Of a stretch of 64,000 bases of DNA, positions 13,275-25,026 are shown one piece after another; within the stretch, counting starts at the first letter, position 1, and every line of letters starts with the position of its first letter. This DNA is from Takakia lepidozioides (taxonomy: Eukaryota; Plantae; Bryophyta): assembly GCA_030704615.1 (NCBI GenBank), contig CM060731.1, forward strand, positions 49,414,001 to 49,478,000, read 5' to 3'. The position numbers were made by a program, and so were the translations under genes. The notes under the pieces were generated by a model that had not been told where the DNA came from, did no database searches, and was given only the letters and a program-made list of their open reading frames with translations.

Positions 13275-16200
13275 ATAGAACATAGCTTCTTGCAACGTAT
13301 ACCCCTCCATCATGCTACCCTCCGGGTGCGCCATTTGTCTTACAAATCCTTTCAAAGTCTTCATATAACGTTCAAGGAAGTACATCCACCGAAAATGAAC
13401 GGGGCCGACAATCGAAGCCTCTTCCACTAAGTGCACTACCAAGTGCACTTAGATGTCAAAGAAGGAGGGAGGAATGTGCATCTCCAACATATACATTACC
13501 TCCGCCGCCTCCTTCTTCATGCGTGGAAAATCTGCTTCTTCCAACTCTTTGGAGCAAATCCACCGGAACAAGCCTCCCAATCTATAGATTGTCTCACGAA
13601 CCTCGGGAGTCAATGTCCCACGTACTGCAATGGACAAGATGTCTTGCAATAGATTGTGGTAGTCATGAGACTTCAAACCATGGACCCCGTCTTCTTCGCT
13701 GAACTTCGTACGGAGGGATGACCCATAACCAGTTGGTGTTCGGACAGCACATATGGTGGCTATCACTTTCTTGTATTCCTCCTTTGTCCATTGTCAAGGT
13801 GCGCGCATATACTTCCACCCTACAACACCCTTTGGGTCCATACCATTTTGTTCGGCCCATAGATGGCGCATGCGACCCTGCTCCTCAAGCTCCTTTCTAA
13901 CACCGAGAGAATCTCCTTTTGTAGCCACTCCCTTCTTTGCCGGCGTGCCTTGAAGTACCCGAAAAAAGGACGAGCAGACATTCTTCTCAATATGCATGGG
14001 ATCTAGAAGATGACGAATCTTCAGGTCCTACATATATCCCCACCCACAAAGACTTACACAAATTGTTTTACGTGAAAGTGACAATGCAACGCATACCAAA
14101 TGTGCAATATCACATGCATGCATAGGGATATTGACGGTGTTTTTGTGGAATATGTACCGCCCAATATGGCAACTCGTAGAAGATTGAAAGTCGTTTCATT
14201 AGGCATGTCCACTTCACCGTCCGTGCCCGTATGGGCCTCCTTCCATCGGTCTTCCCAAAACTGCCCGGACGGTGTCATATGGGGGGGGGACGTACTTCCT
14301 CTTTGCCATCAAACAAGTGTTTCTCTCTTCTTCTCCATCGATGGCTCATAGGAAGAAATTTGCGGTAGTTGGGATACACCATCTTGTGAAGATGGCGGGA
14401 GCTATGTGCATCAAGATCATCGCCACAATGCAAGCATGCATGGTACCCTTTGGTGCTTAACCCCGAGCAAACAGTTAGTCTTGTACTACACATCCCGCCA
14501 CATTAGCAAAAACAAAAAATTGTCATGTGCATGGCCCATAATGCCATCTACCCACTACGGTGCACAAGACTGTCGCCGCTACTTCAATCAATCCCAATCC
14601 TCATCGATATTATCCGGCATTGACAAGTGAATGTACGCGGGTTGTTCATGGGGAACATAATATACCTGGATAATCATGCATTGTCCAAAGCAAGATGTCT
14701 CTCATCTGAAAAGATTGTCCGGCCATAGGGTCAAGTGAAGCATCCAATGTCGGGACCCCCTCCATAGCTCCTTAAGTTCATCAACAAGAGGTCGCAAGTA
14801 CGTGTCCATGTTTGCCACTTGTTTTTTCCCTATGAGACATTCACATCATTGTTTCAATGCTCCACCAATATGCAAATTATACTACAAAATGAATTACACG
14901 TCTTACTCCATGATTATGTCACTCATCAATCTTGCATCCGAATTGCGTCAGAGATCAGAAGTTTAATGTAAAGTCTAAGGCAATAATAAACATGAAATGA
15001 GTACACTCACCTGGCACAATGGCAGCCAACATGATATGGCATTTTTTTAATTGAAAGATACGGAGGGATGTTGTAATTCACCATGGTCACCGGCCAAGTG
15101 GAATGACTACATGACTGGACAGAGAATGGGTTGACCCCATCCGAGGAGAAGCCGAGGTGGACATGTCGTGGGTCCTCCAAGAGAAAAGGCCACATCTCTT
15201 CAATATGCCTCCATGCTTGTGAATCTTGTGGCCCGCACACCTTTCCCGGGGGGGCTCCGATGCGAGGCGTGCCATCTCATGAGTCTGGCCAATTCGGGGC
15301 TTCGGTACTGTGCCCTCAATCGCGGGATGATCGGAAAGTAATGCATTTTCTAGGATGAAATACCCCACGCCCCCCACATGTAATCATCCCATTAGCACAC
15401 ATAATACAACACCCTTATGTCTTTCCTTTATGCAGCCTCTCCCTCATTTGGGTGTGAATGGTCAAAACCGAACGTCGCTCCTTCCACTCCTCACTCACTC
15501 CTTCCAAAACCACAATCAGATCTTGCATGAGTACTACTCTCTAAACCCTAAACTTTGTGGAATACACTTTACATACATTGAGAAGATTAAAGAAAGTAAT
15601 CTCCATGCGAGGGGGAATGGCGCTTATACCTTGCGTGGTACTTTTTTCCCTTGGACATCATCCCGATATCGGTCTTTCTTGCACTTTGGGCACTTGGTGA
15701 GATGCGAATCCTCTCCGTAGTATAGGGTTTTATCACATGGACATGCATGAAAAATCTTATAGCCCATCCCCACAGAGTCCAAGACTTCGCGCGCCTCTTT
15801 CCGCGACCGTGGCATCTTGGGTTTCAAGTGTGGAGCAAGGATATAGTCTGCAATAGTTCGCATTATGGCAGACATCCCAACATTACTTATGCCAAATCGA
15901 ATTTGAAGATTGAGCAAAAGTAAGATTGTTGAAAGTCGACTCACTTTCGCCCCTTCGTACAAGGGAGTTCTCGCCTCCCTCTCCATGTCATTTGAGGGGG
16001 CCATTTCAGGATCATCGATTGGCCGGGTTCCCTCTTCATGGGATGCATCAGCGCCCACATGATGCATTAAGAGATCCTCCATGGCTTGCACATCCTCCTG
16101 GTTAATTCCATGCTCATTGTTGTTGTCACTGTCACTATCACTGTCATCATCATCGTCGTCCGGTACCGTGGGGGCGGCGTCTCGCCCACGGCTCCCGCCT

Positions 16201-16614
16201 GATGTACTTGGGTTGTTTTCGGATGGGGTGCCAAGAGAAAAGACCGGGAAGGGATGGACAAAGTCCTGATACGAACAAATGAACATAGGGACATATATTA
16301 TAATGTGTCATTGCAACCATACACTTCATTATAAGCGAAATGCAAACAACAACCTTCAATGTGTGTGTGCATCAAATATGTCATTCAATAATTACATGTA
16401 TGTGCGCAACGTACACGCATGCAAAGTTTCAAACCCAAACAAAATCATTTGCCCCCCCAATGACGCATTCACCCTATCAACCAATTTTTGTTTATTAATG
16501 TGAAAGAAAATCCTCTCATGCCATTGCACCCAACAAACGGATGTGGCTCAAGCTTCATTTTTTCCTACATGTGCTTAAATATGTGTGCAACACCTGTACA
16601 AAGATCCAGCAGGG

Positions 16615-16651
<37 letters not shown>

Positions 16652-18973
16652 CCCAACGACGCACTCACCCTTGCACCAATTTTGAATTAAATCGAATTTA
16701 AATGAATTTAAAATAAATATTTGCATTTAGAAAATATATGATTGCGGTTTTGAGGGGCGTAATGATTTTATTTTTAGCTCTATTTTGTTCTGTGACATCG
16801 GGCTTTGCACCACTACATCCATGCAAAAAATGGAAAAAAAATAAGTGTGTTTCTAGGGTCACTTTTGCAAAACTCTCTATGAAGAGTGCATGAAGTTGAA
16901 GATAACTCAACTTTGGAGTGCAAATGAGAGAACAAAATCTGGTTATGGGTCCAAATGACTTTTGTTTACTCCCAAATTTTGCACGCACATTGCATATGCT
17001 ATCATTAAGCATATGGCTTGAAAATGGAATAAAAAAAAAATCATCTGCAGGCGAAACACAATTTTCCGTCTCTATGACACGTAGCTGCGTTCAACACTAG
17101 AATGACCCATTGAATCAACTTGGTTCAAGCTCATATTTGGTCCACATGTGCATAAGTATGTTTAGATCACATATGCAAAGTTGCAACCCACACGAGCAAC
17201 AAGAAAAAATTTTACATCAATCGATTAATCGGATGTATACAAAGTACATCATGAGAATATCTACAATGCCCCTCTACGCGATCCCTGTCTCAAAGGAACC
17301 CTATTTCTATCATACACATCCCACTCACGCTGTAATCGGAGGTCCCAATCATCCCGGGAGAACTCGTATGATGCAAATAGTTCGCTGCCAGCCCTAATAG
17401 TCCTACTAGCACATGTCATCACAAACATGTGCATCCCCTCACAGTATACTGACGTATGACCACAAAAGCTCTCATGCCCATCGCTTCGCTCGTCCCATAC
17501 TACATTGGTTCTCCTAGGATGACCAAAAGAACTATTGACCAGCCCAGCAACATTGCCGAAGATGTCGGGGTCACCATCACAAAATCTGATCTCAATGGGA
17601 GACAACCCCCGTCTACGTACATCCTGTCCGTTGACACACAAAATGTAGGGTAGGATGTATGGGGCTTCGAGGCGTAATGTACGGAACTCCGCGGAGGTGT
17701 AGTATGGACCGTAGTAGGGAAACAAGTCCACCATGTTGTTTCTCCGAGGAGGAACCACAATATCATTGACCGTGAATAAACCCCGACCCATAGCAGGGTC
17801 TGTAGCGGCTCTCACAACATACCGTCTCCCCCAATACTCGAACTCCACATTTTCTCGGATGGGGTGGGAGGGTCGAGATGATTCCCCCAACAACGAGGCT
17901 GGACGGTCCTCAGTAACATAGTCCTATGCGCTTCCCATCGGGGGCGAGGATCCGGCTCAGGCGCCCAAGCCGAAGGGAGGAAACCTAGGGCGAAGCCGAC
18001 CCCTCCTAGGGGTTCGGGGGGCACATGCACGTGGAGGTGGTGGTGGTGGAGGTGGAGGTGGTACTGCTGGCGGAGGAGATGAAAGTGGAGGTGTTGAAGA
18101 TGTAATGTCGGGGTACACGTCCGGATCAGGCAAAGAACAGACGGGGGGGGGGGCAGGCACAATCAGGGACCGCCTGAGGGAACTGGAGGGGGGGGGAGGC
18201 CACAATCAGGGGACCGCCTGAGGAAACTGGAGGGGGGGGGGGGGTGGGGCCTGCTCGTCGCCGGCCATAACGCCTACGACACCTACGATACCCCTCGACC
18301 CTACGCATCTCATCTACGTGCTGCTGGGGGAACCAACTGGTCACATCGGGCACATGCTCTGGCACAAATTCTGCAAGTAGACCGGCGCAAAATGCCTCCT
18401 GTGCAATGTGATTGCGAGCTTGGGCATCAAGTCGTGGCTGCAATGTGCGTAGTGAACGACGCATCAATACTTATGTCGTAATTTGATTCATGTATGCTTA
18501 CCAATCATACTATATTATTAGATAAACCTAAATGTACCTTAAATGAATGTTAATGAGAGGGTGGGAAAAACACTCACCTTTGCCGCATCCGCAATCTTGT
18601 TCTTCTTGTAATGTTTTTCGACAACATGCGGTCGCCGCCTCGGTGGTCTGGTGCCGCCCGGCGGTATCCGTTCCCAACACTTAGTGCACCAACACTCAAT
18701 CCTGTCGGGGGGGGTCAAAGGTGGACGTGGTTGGACGGGGTGGCCCGCGAGGGGCAACCCGCGGCGCGCCCGACTCGATCCCGGAGTGTCAACATCCTCC
18801 GCATCACCTGAAATTTGGCCCCGGTCCCTTCTACGATTGTGCCCGGCAGCCTGTATTGGATCAGGTGCAATGGGTGGCTCCTCGCCACGAAAAATGGTCG
18901 CTCTAGGGCCACAATCGATATGTGGTACTACCTCCCCATCCTCGAGGGAGACGGGTCGATGTTTCCTCACCAT
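13275..18973 (-). pseudogene. CACTA TnpD transposase (Transposase_21/DUF4218-like), multi-exon, with stops and frameshifts, broken at 13275
   Basis: Exon 1 has CWCTKC..VEKH; then HACPCDKTLYY..CPKCKKDRY, DPRHVHLGFSSDGVNPF, STWPV..NYNIPPYL, DPMHIEKNV, GLKSHDYHNLLQ, PPSFFDI, WMYFLERYMK, PEGSMMEGY. Confidence 0.9.
17261..18467 (-). pseudogene. SET-domain (protein lysine methyltransferase-like) cargo ORF in TnpD intron 1; the SET part 17261-17893 is open, the upstream Pro-rich linker has stops and frameshifts
   Basis: MGRGLFTVNDI, FPYYGPY, DGDPDIFGNVAGLVNSS and ASRTIRAGSELFASY follow the order of SET motifs GxG / YxG / RxxNHS / ELxxDY. Confidence 0.75.
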
Positions 18974-20039
18974 CCATCCTAATTAACACACACCACCAAC
19001 ACTTTCATTTCTCAAAAACCGTTGGCAAAAAAACCCTATGCCTCAGCCTCGGGGCTTTCAAAATTGGTAACCAAAGGCGGAGCATCCCTATGGTGCTAGA
19101 GCCCAAGACAATAAATCCTTCCTCTCGTTCTATCTTCAGGATGCCCACACCATGGAAAAATTTGTTGAGACCCAGCGCTTTGCGATTATCAGATTGAACC
19201 ACATTTTGGGTATGTGAATCCTAATTACACCGTTTATCCTTTTAACCCCAAGACCCACAACCAAAACCGCCAATCCAAAACCCAGCACCATAAAGAAAAG
19301 CAAACACCCTAACCCAGTACCATATGAAAAAAAAAAAAAAAAAAAAAAAACTAAGAAACCCAAAAGGCCCTAAACCCTAAACCAGAAAGCCGGCCGTCGC
19401 CTCCTGCGACACCCTCGGCGTCGCATTTGACGACGAGTTTTTTTTTTATTTTTACCTGGGGTCGCACCCTGCGACGGACAGCCGTCGCGGGGGCGACGTG
19501 TTTTTTTATTTATGGGGCCGGGGGTCGCAAGAAACGACGGCCAGCCGTCGCAAACTTCATTTTTACATTTTAAAAAAGGCGGGCGCAGGCGTGCGACGGC
19601 CGGGCGTCGCACGTGGGCGCCGCGTTTTTTTTTTCCCCTAAGTGCTTGAAGCATCTCTTTCCCCTCCCGTTTTCGTTTGTTCTTTGGGGAGAGGTAGTTC
19701 AGAGAGTGGGGTTTAGGTGGAGGAGAAACGCACCTGCTGCTGAGCCCGAGGTGGTCGCAAGGCCCCAAGGAGTTTGCCCCAACGCCGCTCCAACGCCCAA
19801 GGTAAGCACCGCCTCCTCCCTCACTTTCTGTCTTTCTTTCTTGCCCTAAGCACGGGCTGATGTCTCTCTCCCCTGTGTGGTAGGAACGCCGCGCAGAGGC
19901 GCGACCTAACGAGCTGAAGAGAGAGAGAGTCGTGGTGAGCGGGGGAGAGACGCCCTGCAGCGGCGGGGACCCGCGCCGCTGGCAGCCGCGACAGCACCGC
20001 AGCAACTCGCTTCAAGCACCAGCACCAACACCAGCAGCA

Positions 20040-21410
20040 GCACAGAGGTACGTCAGGGAAATTGCACTCTCTCTTTCCTCTCTGCTTCTGTTTACTGTTC
20101 AAAGGTAGTCTTCCTGCCCTGACTTTAAATTTAGGTCTGGTGCCAAGAGTGGGATAGACCCTTGAGCGCATCCATGATGTCCTCCCCCATGTCACAGACT
20201 GGAAACAGGTTCAGGGAAGTTTTTCCTAACTTCATTTTCATCGGACAATTTTCTGGTAACAGACATGGCTTTGGACACTACACTCTCTAAGTCAGGTTTA
20301 TCCAGCAAGGTCAAGACTTGCGGGTCCAGATTCAGATCCTTGAGAATCTCTTTTACTCTCTTCTCCCAGGGCTCACCCTGACAGGGCGGTCCTGTTTCCA
20401 AGATATAGAGTCGATTAACTTATGATATCTGGTGTTGGACATATGTTGCAGCTGAACCCACCATCTGACCTTGAATTTAGGGTGTCGGGAGCTTAAAAGA
20501 GAGCAACACAGAAGAGAGGGAGAGAGAGGGAGAGAGAGAGGGAGTGAGAAGGAGACATCAGGGGGCAAAAAAGAAAAGAAAAGAAGGTGGGGGGGGGGGG
20601 GGGGGAGTGACTGAGCAGCTGCTGCTGCTCAGTCACTCCCTCCCCCCCCCCACATTCTGTTTTTTTCTTTGTTGCCCCCTCTCTTGGGGAAACAAAAGGG
20701 ATAGATCCTACCTCTGTCAGGGGCTGACGTTGGTAGTAAGACTTACCTTCACATATAGAATTAATCCGGGTTTTCAAGATATCCTCTACAAATCCCTTCA
20801 CACAAGCATCAATCTGCTGTGTGTGAGATGCCCAAAAACTAGGCCTCAGAAGGGGCTGGGCTTTTGGCTCAGCCTCAACTTTTTCAAAGTTAGTAAACAG
20901 AGGTACATGCACAATTCTCTTGATAGATTTGAAGAGAGCGTCTCTTTGGTGAGAGAACCCCGGACAGTGTATCAGAAAATGAGTACTGTCTTCAAATTGC
21001 CCACACAACGGGCAATTGCGCTCTCTTTTTCCTCTCTGCTTCTGTTTGCTGTTCAAAGGTAGGTTTCCTGCCCTGAGTTTAACTTTGAGGTCATCCAAGA
21101 TGTCCTCCCCCATGTCACTGACTGGAAACAAGTTCAGGGAAGTTTTTTGCCTAACTTTATTTTCATCAGACAATCTCATGGCAACAGACATGGTTGGACA
21201 CTACAGCCTCTAAGTCAGATTTATCCAGCAGGGTGAAGACTTGCGGTTCCAGGTCCAGGTCCTTGAGAATCTCTTCTACTGTCTTCTGCCAGGACTTAGC
21301 CTGTTTGACAGGTTGGTGGGCGGTCCTGTTTCCAAGATATAGAGTCGATTAACTTAGGATATCTGGTGTTGGACATATGCTACAGCTGACCCCACCATCT
21401 GACCCCCCCC
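20040..21410 (-). mobile_element. Non-LTR retrotransposon (LINE) 3' fragments, partly tandem-duplicated, inserted in the CACTA right arm
   Basis: KLRAGNLPLN..RNCPLCGQFEDSTHFLIHCPGFSHQR is a C-terminal CCHC typical of LINE ORF2; 20060-20470 is similar to 21010-21400. Confidence 0.7.
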
Positions 21411-21479
21411 CAACCCATTTTTTTTCATTGTTGCCCCCTCTCTCCCTCTGTCTCCCTCCTCGGAATTGGCCGGTTGCAT

Positions 21480-22135
21480 CAGTGTTCTTTTCATGATTTT
21501 CCATCTATACCAAATGGACTCTAAAAAGGTATTTTCACCTGACTTGTAAAGGTTTTCTATCCATACCGGAAGAATCACCTGGGTGGACAGTAAAATACCT
21601 TTAAAAATGACCTATAAATTTTCATTCCTCTTTTATTGACTTTCATCTATATCAGATGAGTCACCAGAGAATGAGGAGTTACCTCTGTAGGGGTTATGAC
21701 ACTGACATCCTATCTATAATTTTTCCATCCATGCCGGATGAAAAATACCAGGATTTGAATTCGTTTTATTCCCCCTTTATGCTTTTTTTTCCATACGGGA
21801 TGAGGCTTTCTCTTAAGGGATGACGAATTACCTGTTAGGATGAGAAACCTCTGCCCTGGATGATGTATACTACTTTTTCATCCTGTTGATGGACCTCATC
21901 CAAATAAATGAACCTATTTATTTTTTCATCTGAACCGGATGAAAAAAGCAACTTATGATGGCCATGGAGAATTTTTTAATTACCCTTAATTATTGCTAAT
22001 TAAGGAGTGAAACCCTAACTCCTACCATATAATCTACTGTTTAAACCTAGCTAACGGATGACATCCGTCGGTTTTGTTGAGATAAAGGGTATTGATTATT
22101 CATCCTCCGGATGAAAAATCGGGCTCTGCCCTAGG
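21480..22135. repeat. GGATGA/TCATCC-rich dispersed repeat, probably a non-autonomous DNA transposon
   Basis: Many GGATGA/TCATCC motifs on both strands; no clean TIR or TSD. Confidence 0.3.
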
Positions 22136-25026
22136 GTGTCTCTCCCACTGTCAGCTGCACTCCTCGAGCTGCTGAGCTCGCGAGTTATGGCGTCTGAGCT
22201 CTGCTGCTACCCTGTCTGCTGCTTCATGCCGGACGAGCTCCTAGGGATGCGCAATGGCGGTGTCTTGTCTCTTCTCATTGAGCTTGCAGATAAGGATGTG
22301 TGCAAAAAGAACATATTGTTGCTGCCCGCAGCCCCGATTTTGGCCCGCTTGCTCCCGGTTTGACATGGTGATGCTTGCTTTTGACTTATCTTTGGCTGCT
22401 GCTGATGGAGCACTTTGGCCTGACAGCCTTGTCTCATGCAACACTGCATGTGAATCCTACCCTGTCTTGAATCTTTGACAGCTTTGCCTGTGGATTTTTA
22501 GACTAGGTTCCCTTTTTTTTGGCCTTAAAAGAGGATTGATGGTGTAAGGGAAAAGTCATAGGTGGCTGTTTGGCTCTAAGGATGAGGAGACCTGAGTTTT
22601 GTTAAAGAAGACAGCCTGATAAGGCAATGACAGGCCGTTTTCAGACCTGGATTTGTTGTGGAATGGAGCATAGTGAGGTTCTATTTGCAAAACATGACAT
22701 TAGCCTCCTGTGAAACAATGACGGTAAGCTCTAAAGGACTCTGGCCAGTGATTATTTACTTTATTTTGCCATATGAACAGCCACCTGCATTGTTTGATTT
22801 ATCTTGGCCAAGTGGGCTTGGTCTTGGGGCACTCAAAGTGTATGTGTGTCCAGATCTGGATGCTGTGACAGGGCAAGCCTTTCTTCCATGCCAAAACGCC
22901 TTACATGATGTATATCTTGGGGCAACTGTACATGATGTAGAATGAAGTCGCAGTCAGTCAATCAACCCCAACCCCCCCCCCCACCAGGTTGCCCTTGCGA
23001 CTGCAGCACATCGCCAATGGCGACATGTTTTTTGGGCGGGGGTCGCAAGCAACGATGGTCAGGCGTCGCAAACCCCATTTGCGGGCGGCAACGCCCGACA
23101 CTCCCTGCGACGTGTTTTTTTGGTCTAGGGGTCGCAAGCCGCGACGCTCTGGCGTCGCGGAGACCGCCACCCTGCCCGCGCCACGTCTTTTATTATTATT
23201 AAATATAAAACAAAAGCGATGCCGGAGCGTCGCAACAACCCACGCCTGGGCGTGGCGGAGACCGACTCCTACTCCTGCTGTTTTTTTGCCACGCCCAATA
23301 GTCGTTTGCAGCGATGCACGGGCGTCACTTGGCGTACCACCCGGCTTACGCCACATGTTTTTGGGTTTTAGGATGGGACTCTCGGGCAGGTTAGAAAAAA
23401 AAGGGGATGCGACGCCGCGCCGGCGCCCCCACCAACGCCGTCGGCTGGAGGGCCGCGACGGCGAGACGTCGCTCGAAGAGGCCCCTGCCATCGGCGCGGA
23501 CGGCTTGAAAAACCGACGTCCAGCAGTCGCGGGAGTTGGGGCGGGGGCTCGCGACCCCCATACGTCGCATTTTTGCGACGCCCATGCGACTTCCGGGCGA
23601 CGGCCGTGCGTCGCAAATTCTGCGCCTATCGCGTGCCCGAAAAGGGCGTTTTCCCGAAGCTGCGGCGTGGCGCGGGCGTCGAAAAGGCCCCATTTTCCTG
23701 TAGTGGCAATAACTAATGCTTTATTATGTGCATATTGTGGGCCCCAGCAGACCAGCTTGTTGGCCAGACCCAGTAGCAAACTAGCCGGGTCCGGGTAGGG
23801 GCGCTCCCACCCTCCGCGACCTCCTCTGCCACACCGCAGGCCCCGCCGCAGCCACACGCGCGGGCATTCATGACCCTATTATTGCTCAATGAGAAGCGTT
23901 GGTTTCAGTTGGGAGTCCAATGGGCTTCTCACTAATAGATAAAAGGGACTTCAAGGCACATTTTGTGTGCTTGTGGCAGGGCCCACGTGTAACATAGAGG
24001 GTCATGAAGGGTGGGAGGGTCTTTATCAGTGTGCTGCTGCTGGATTGCCGTAGATAGATTTGCTAGACAATAAGCGAGTCCCCAATGGTAGGTCTCACCC
24101 AAAGGGGCCTATGACCTGCCAGGAGGCTCTGGTAATGGACATAAAGCATAAAGTATTTCCTTTGATTTAGAAAAGATTGGTTAGTATGATGGTTATGAGC
24201 ATTGAGTAAGATATATAATGCTTAGTGTTCAATTTTTGTCGAGTGCTATGTGTGTTGATGTTGAATCACTTTGTAAACTTGTTCTTTTTGAACTTTTCTT
24301 AAGCCTTTATTTTTCTACGGCGGGGGTGGGCGTGGTGGACTCGCCTTGTGTTTAGAGCCAGCCTTGGAGAGTGGACCAACGACGCAATGGCGTGAGCGTT
24401 GCACGTGAGCGCGCGAGCGTACGCTCACGCAGGAGTGACGTGGCGTGAGCGTACGCTCACGCCAGCTGACGTGGCGTGAGCCTGCACACATGCTGACGTG
24501 GCGTGAGCGTCATGTCAGCATGCTGATGTGGCGGTAAATGATGACGTGGCACTGTCCGTCAACTGCCACGTCAGCATTAACATGCGCCGCCTATAACCGT
24601 GGATGGTCCTATGACCGTGGAATTAATGCAGGGAATCTTGCCTAAATAGAATCAAGACGAGCGTTGAGGCCTACAATTGCAGCATCCAACATTGTGCAAT
24701 TACAAATGTTTGTTTCACTTTTACAATTACGAAGACGACAAAATATCCTCACAAAGTGTGCGCCATAAAGGCTGCCACGAGAAGACTTCTTCCCTCCTCA
24801 AATAACAATGAGAGTTATGATCATCTTCAAAAGATGATTGTAGTGCATAGCGACAGCAAGACATGTAGACTTCGAACGGTGCAATGACAAATGTGCACTA
24901 CCTAAAAGTTGTCACTCAGACCTCACTCCGTATAGTTGGAGGCCATATCATTGCACAGCCGACGAATTGATGTGAATTACACATTTCAAATCATGGTCAT
25001 CCACATACCACATTACATAGTTCATG

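Larger units (their letters stand above)
13251..23705 (-). mobile_element. CACTA/En-Spm DNA transposon
   Basis: TIRs CACTACAGCAAATTGGGG / CCCCATTTTCCTGTAGTG (16/18 match), 3-bp TSD GCA on both sides, GCGAC-rich subterminal repeats at 22990-23690, TnpD inside. Confidence 0.9.

Noticed and set aside
22958-23857. Long ORFs (299 aa and 269 aa) on both strands
   Set aside because: GC-rich CACTA subterminal repeats that lack stops; no protein motifs. The same applies to 12255-12960 and 19370-20005
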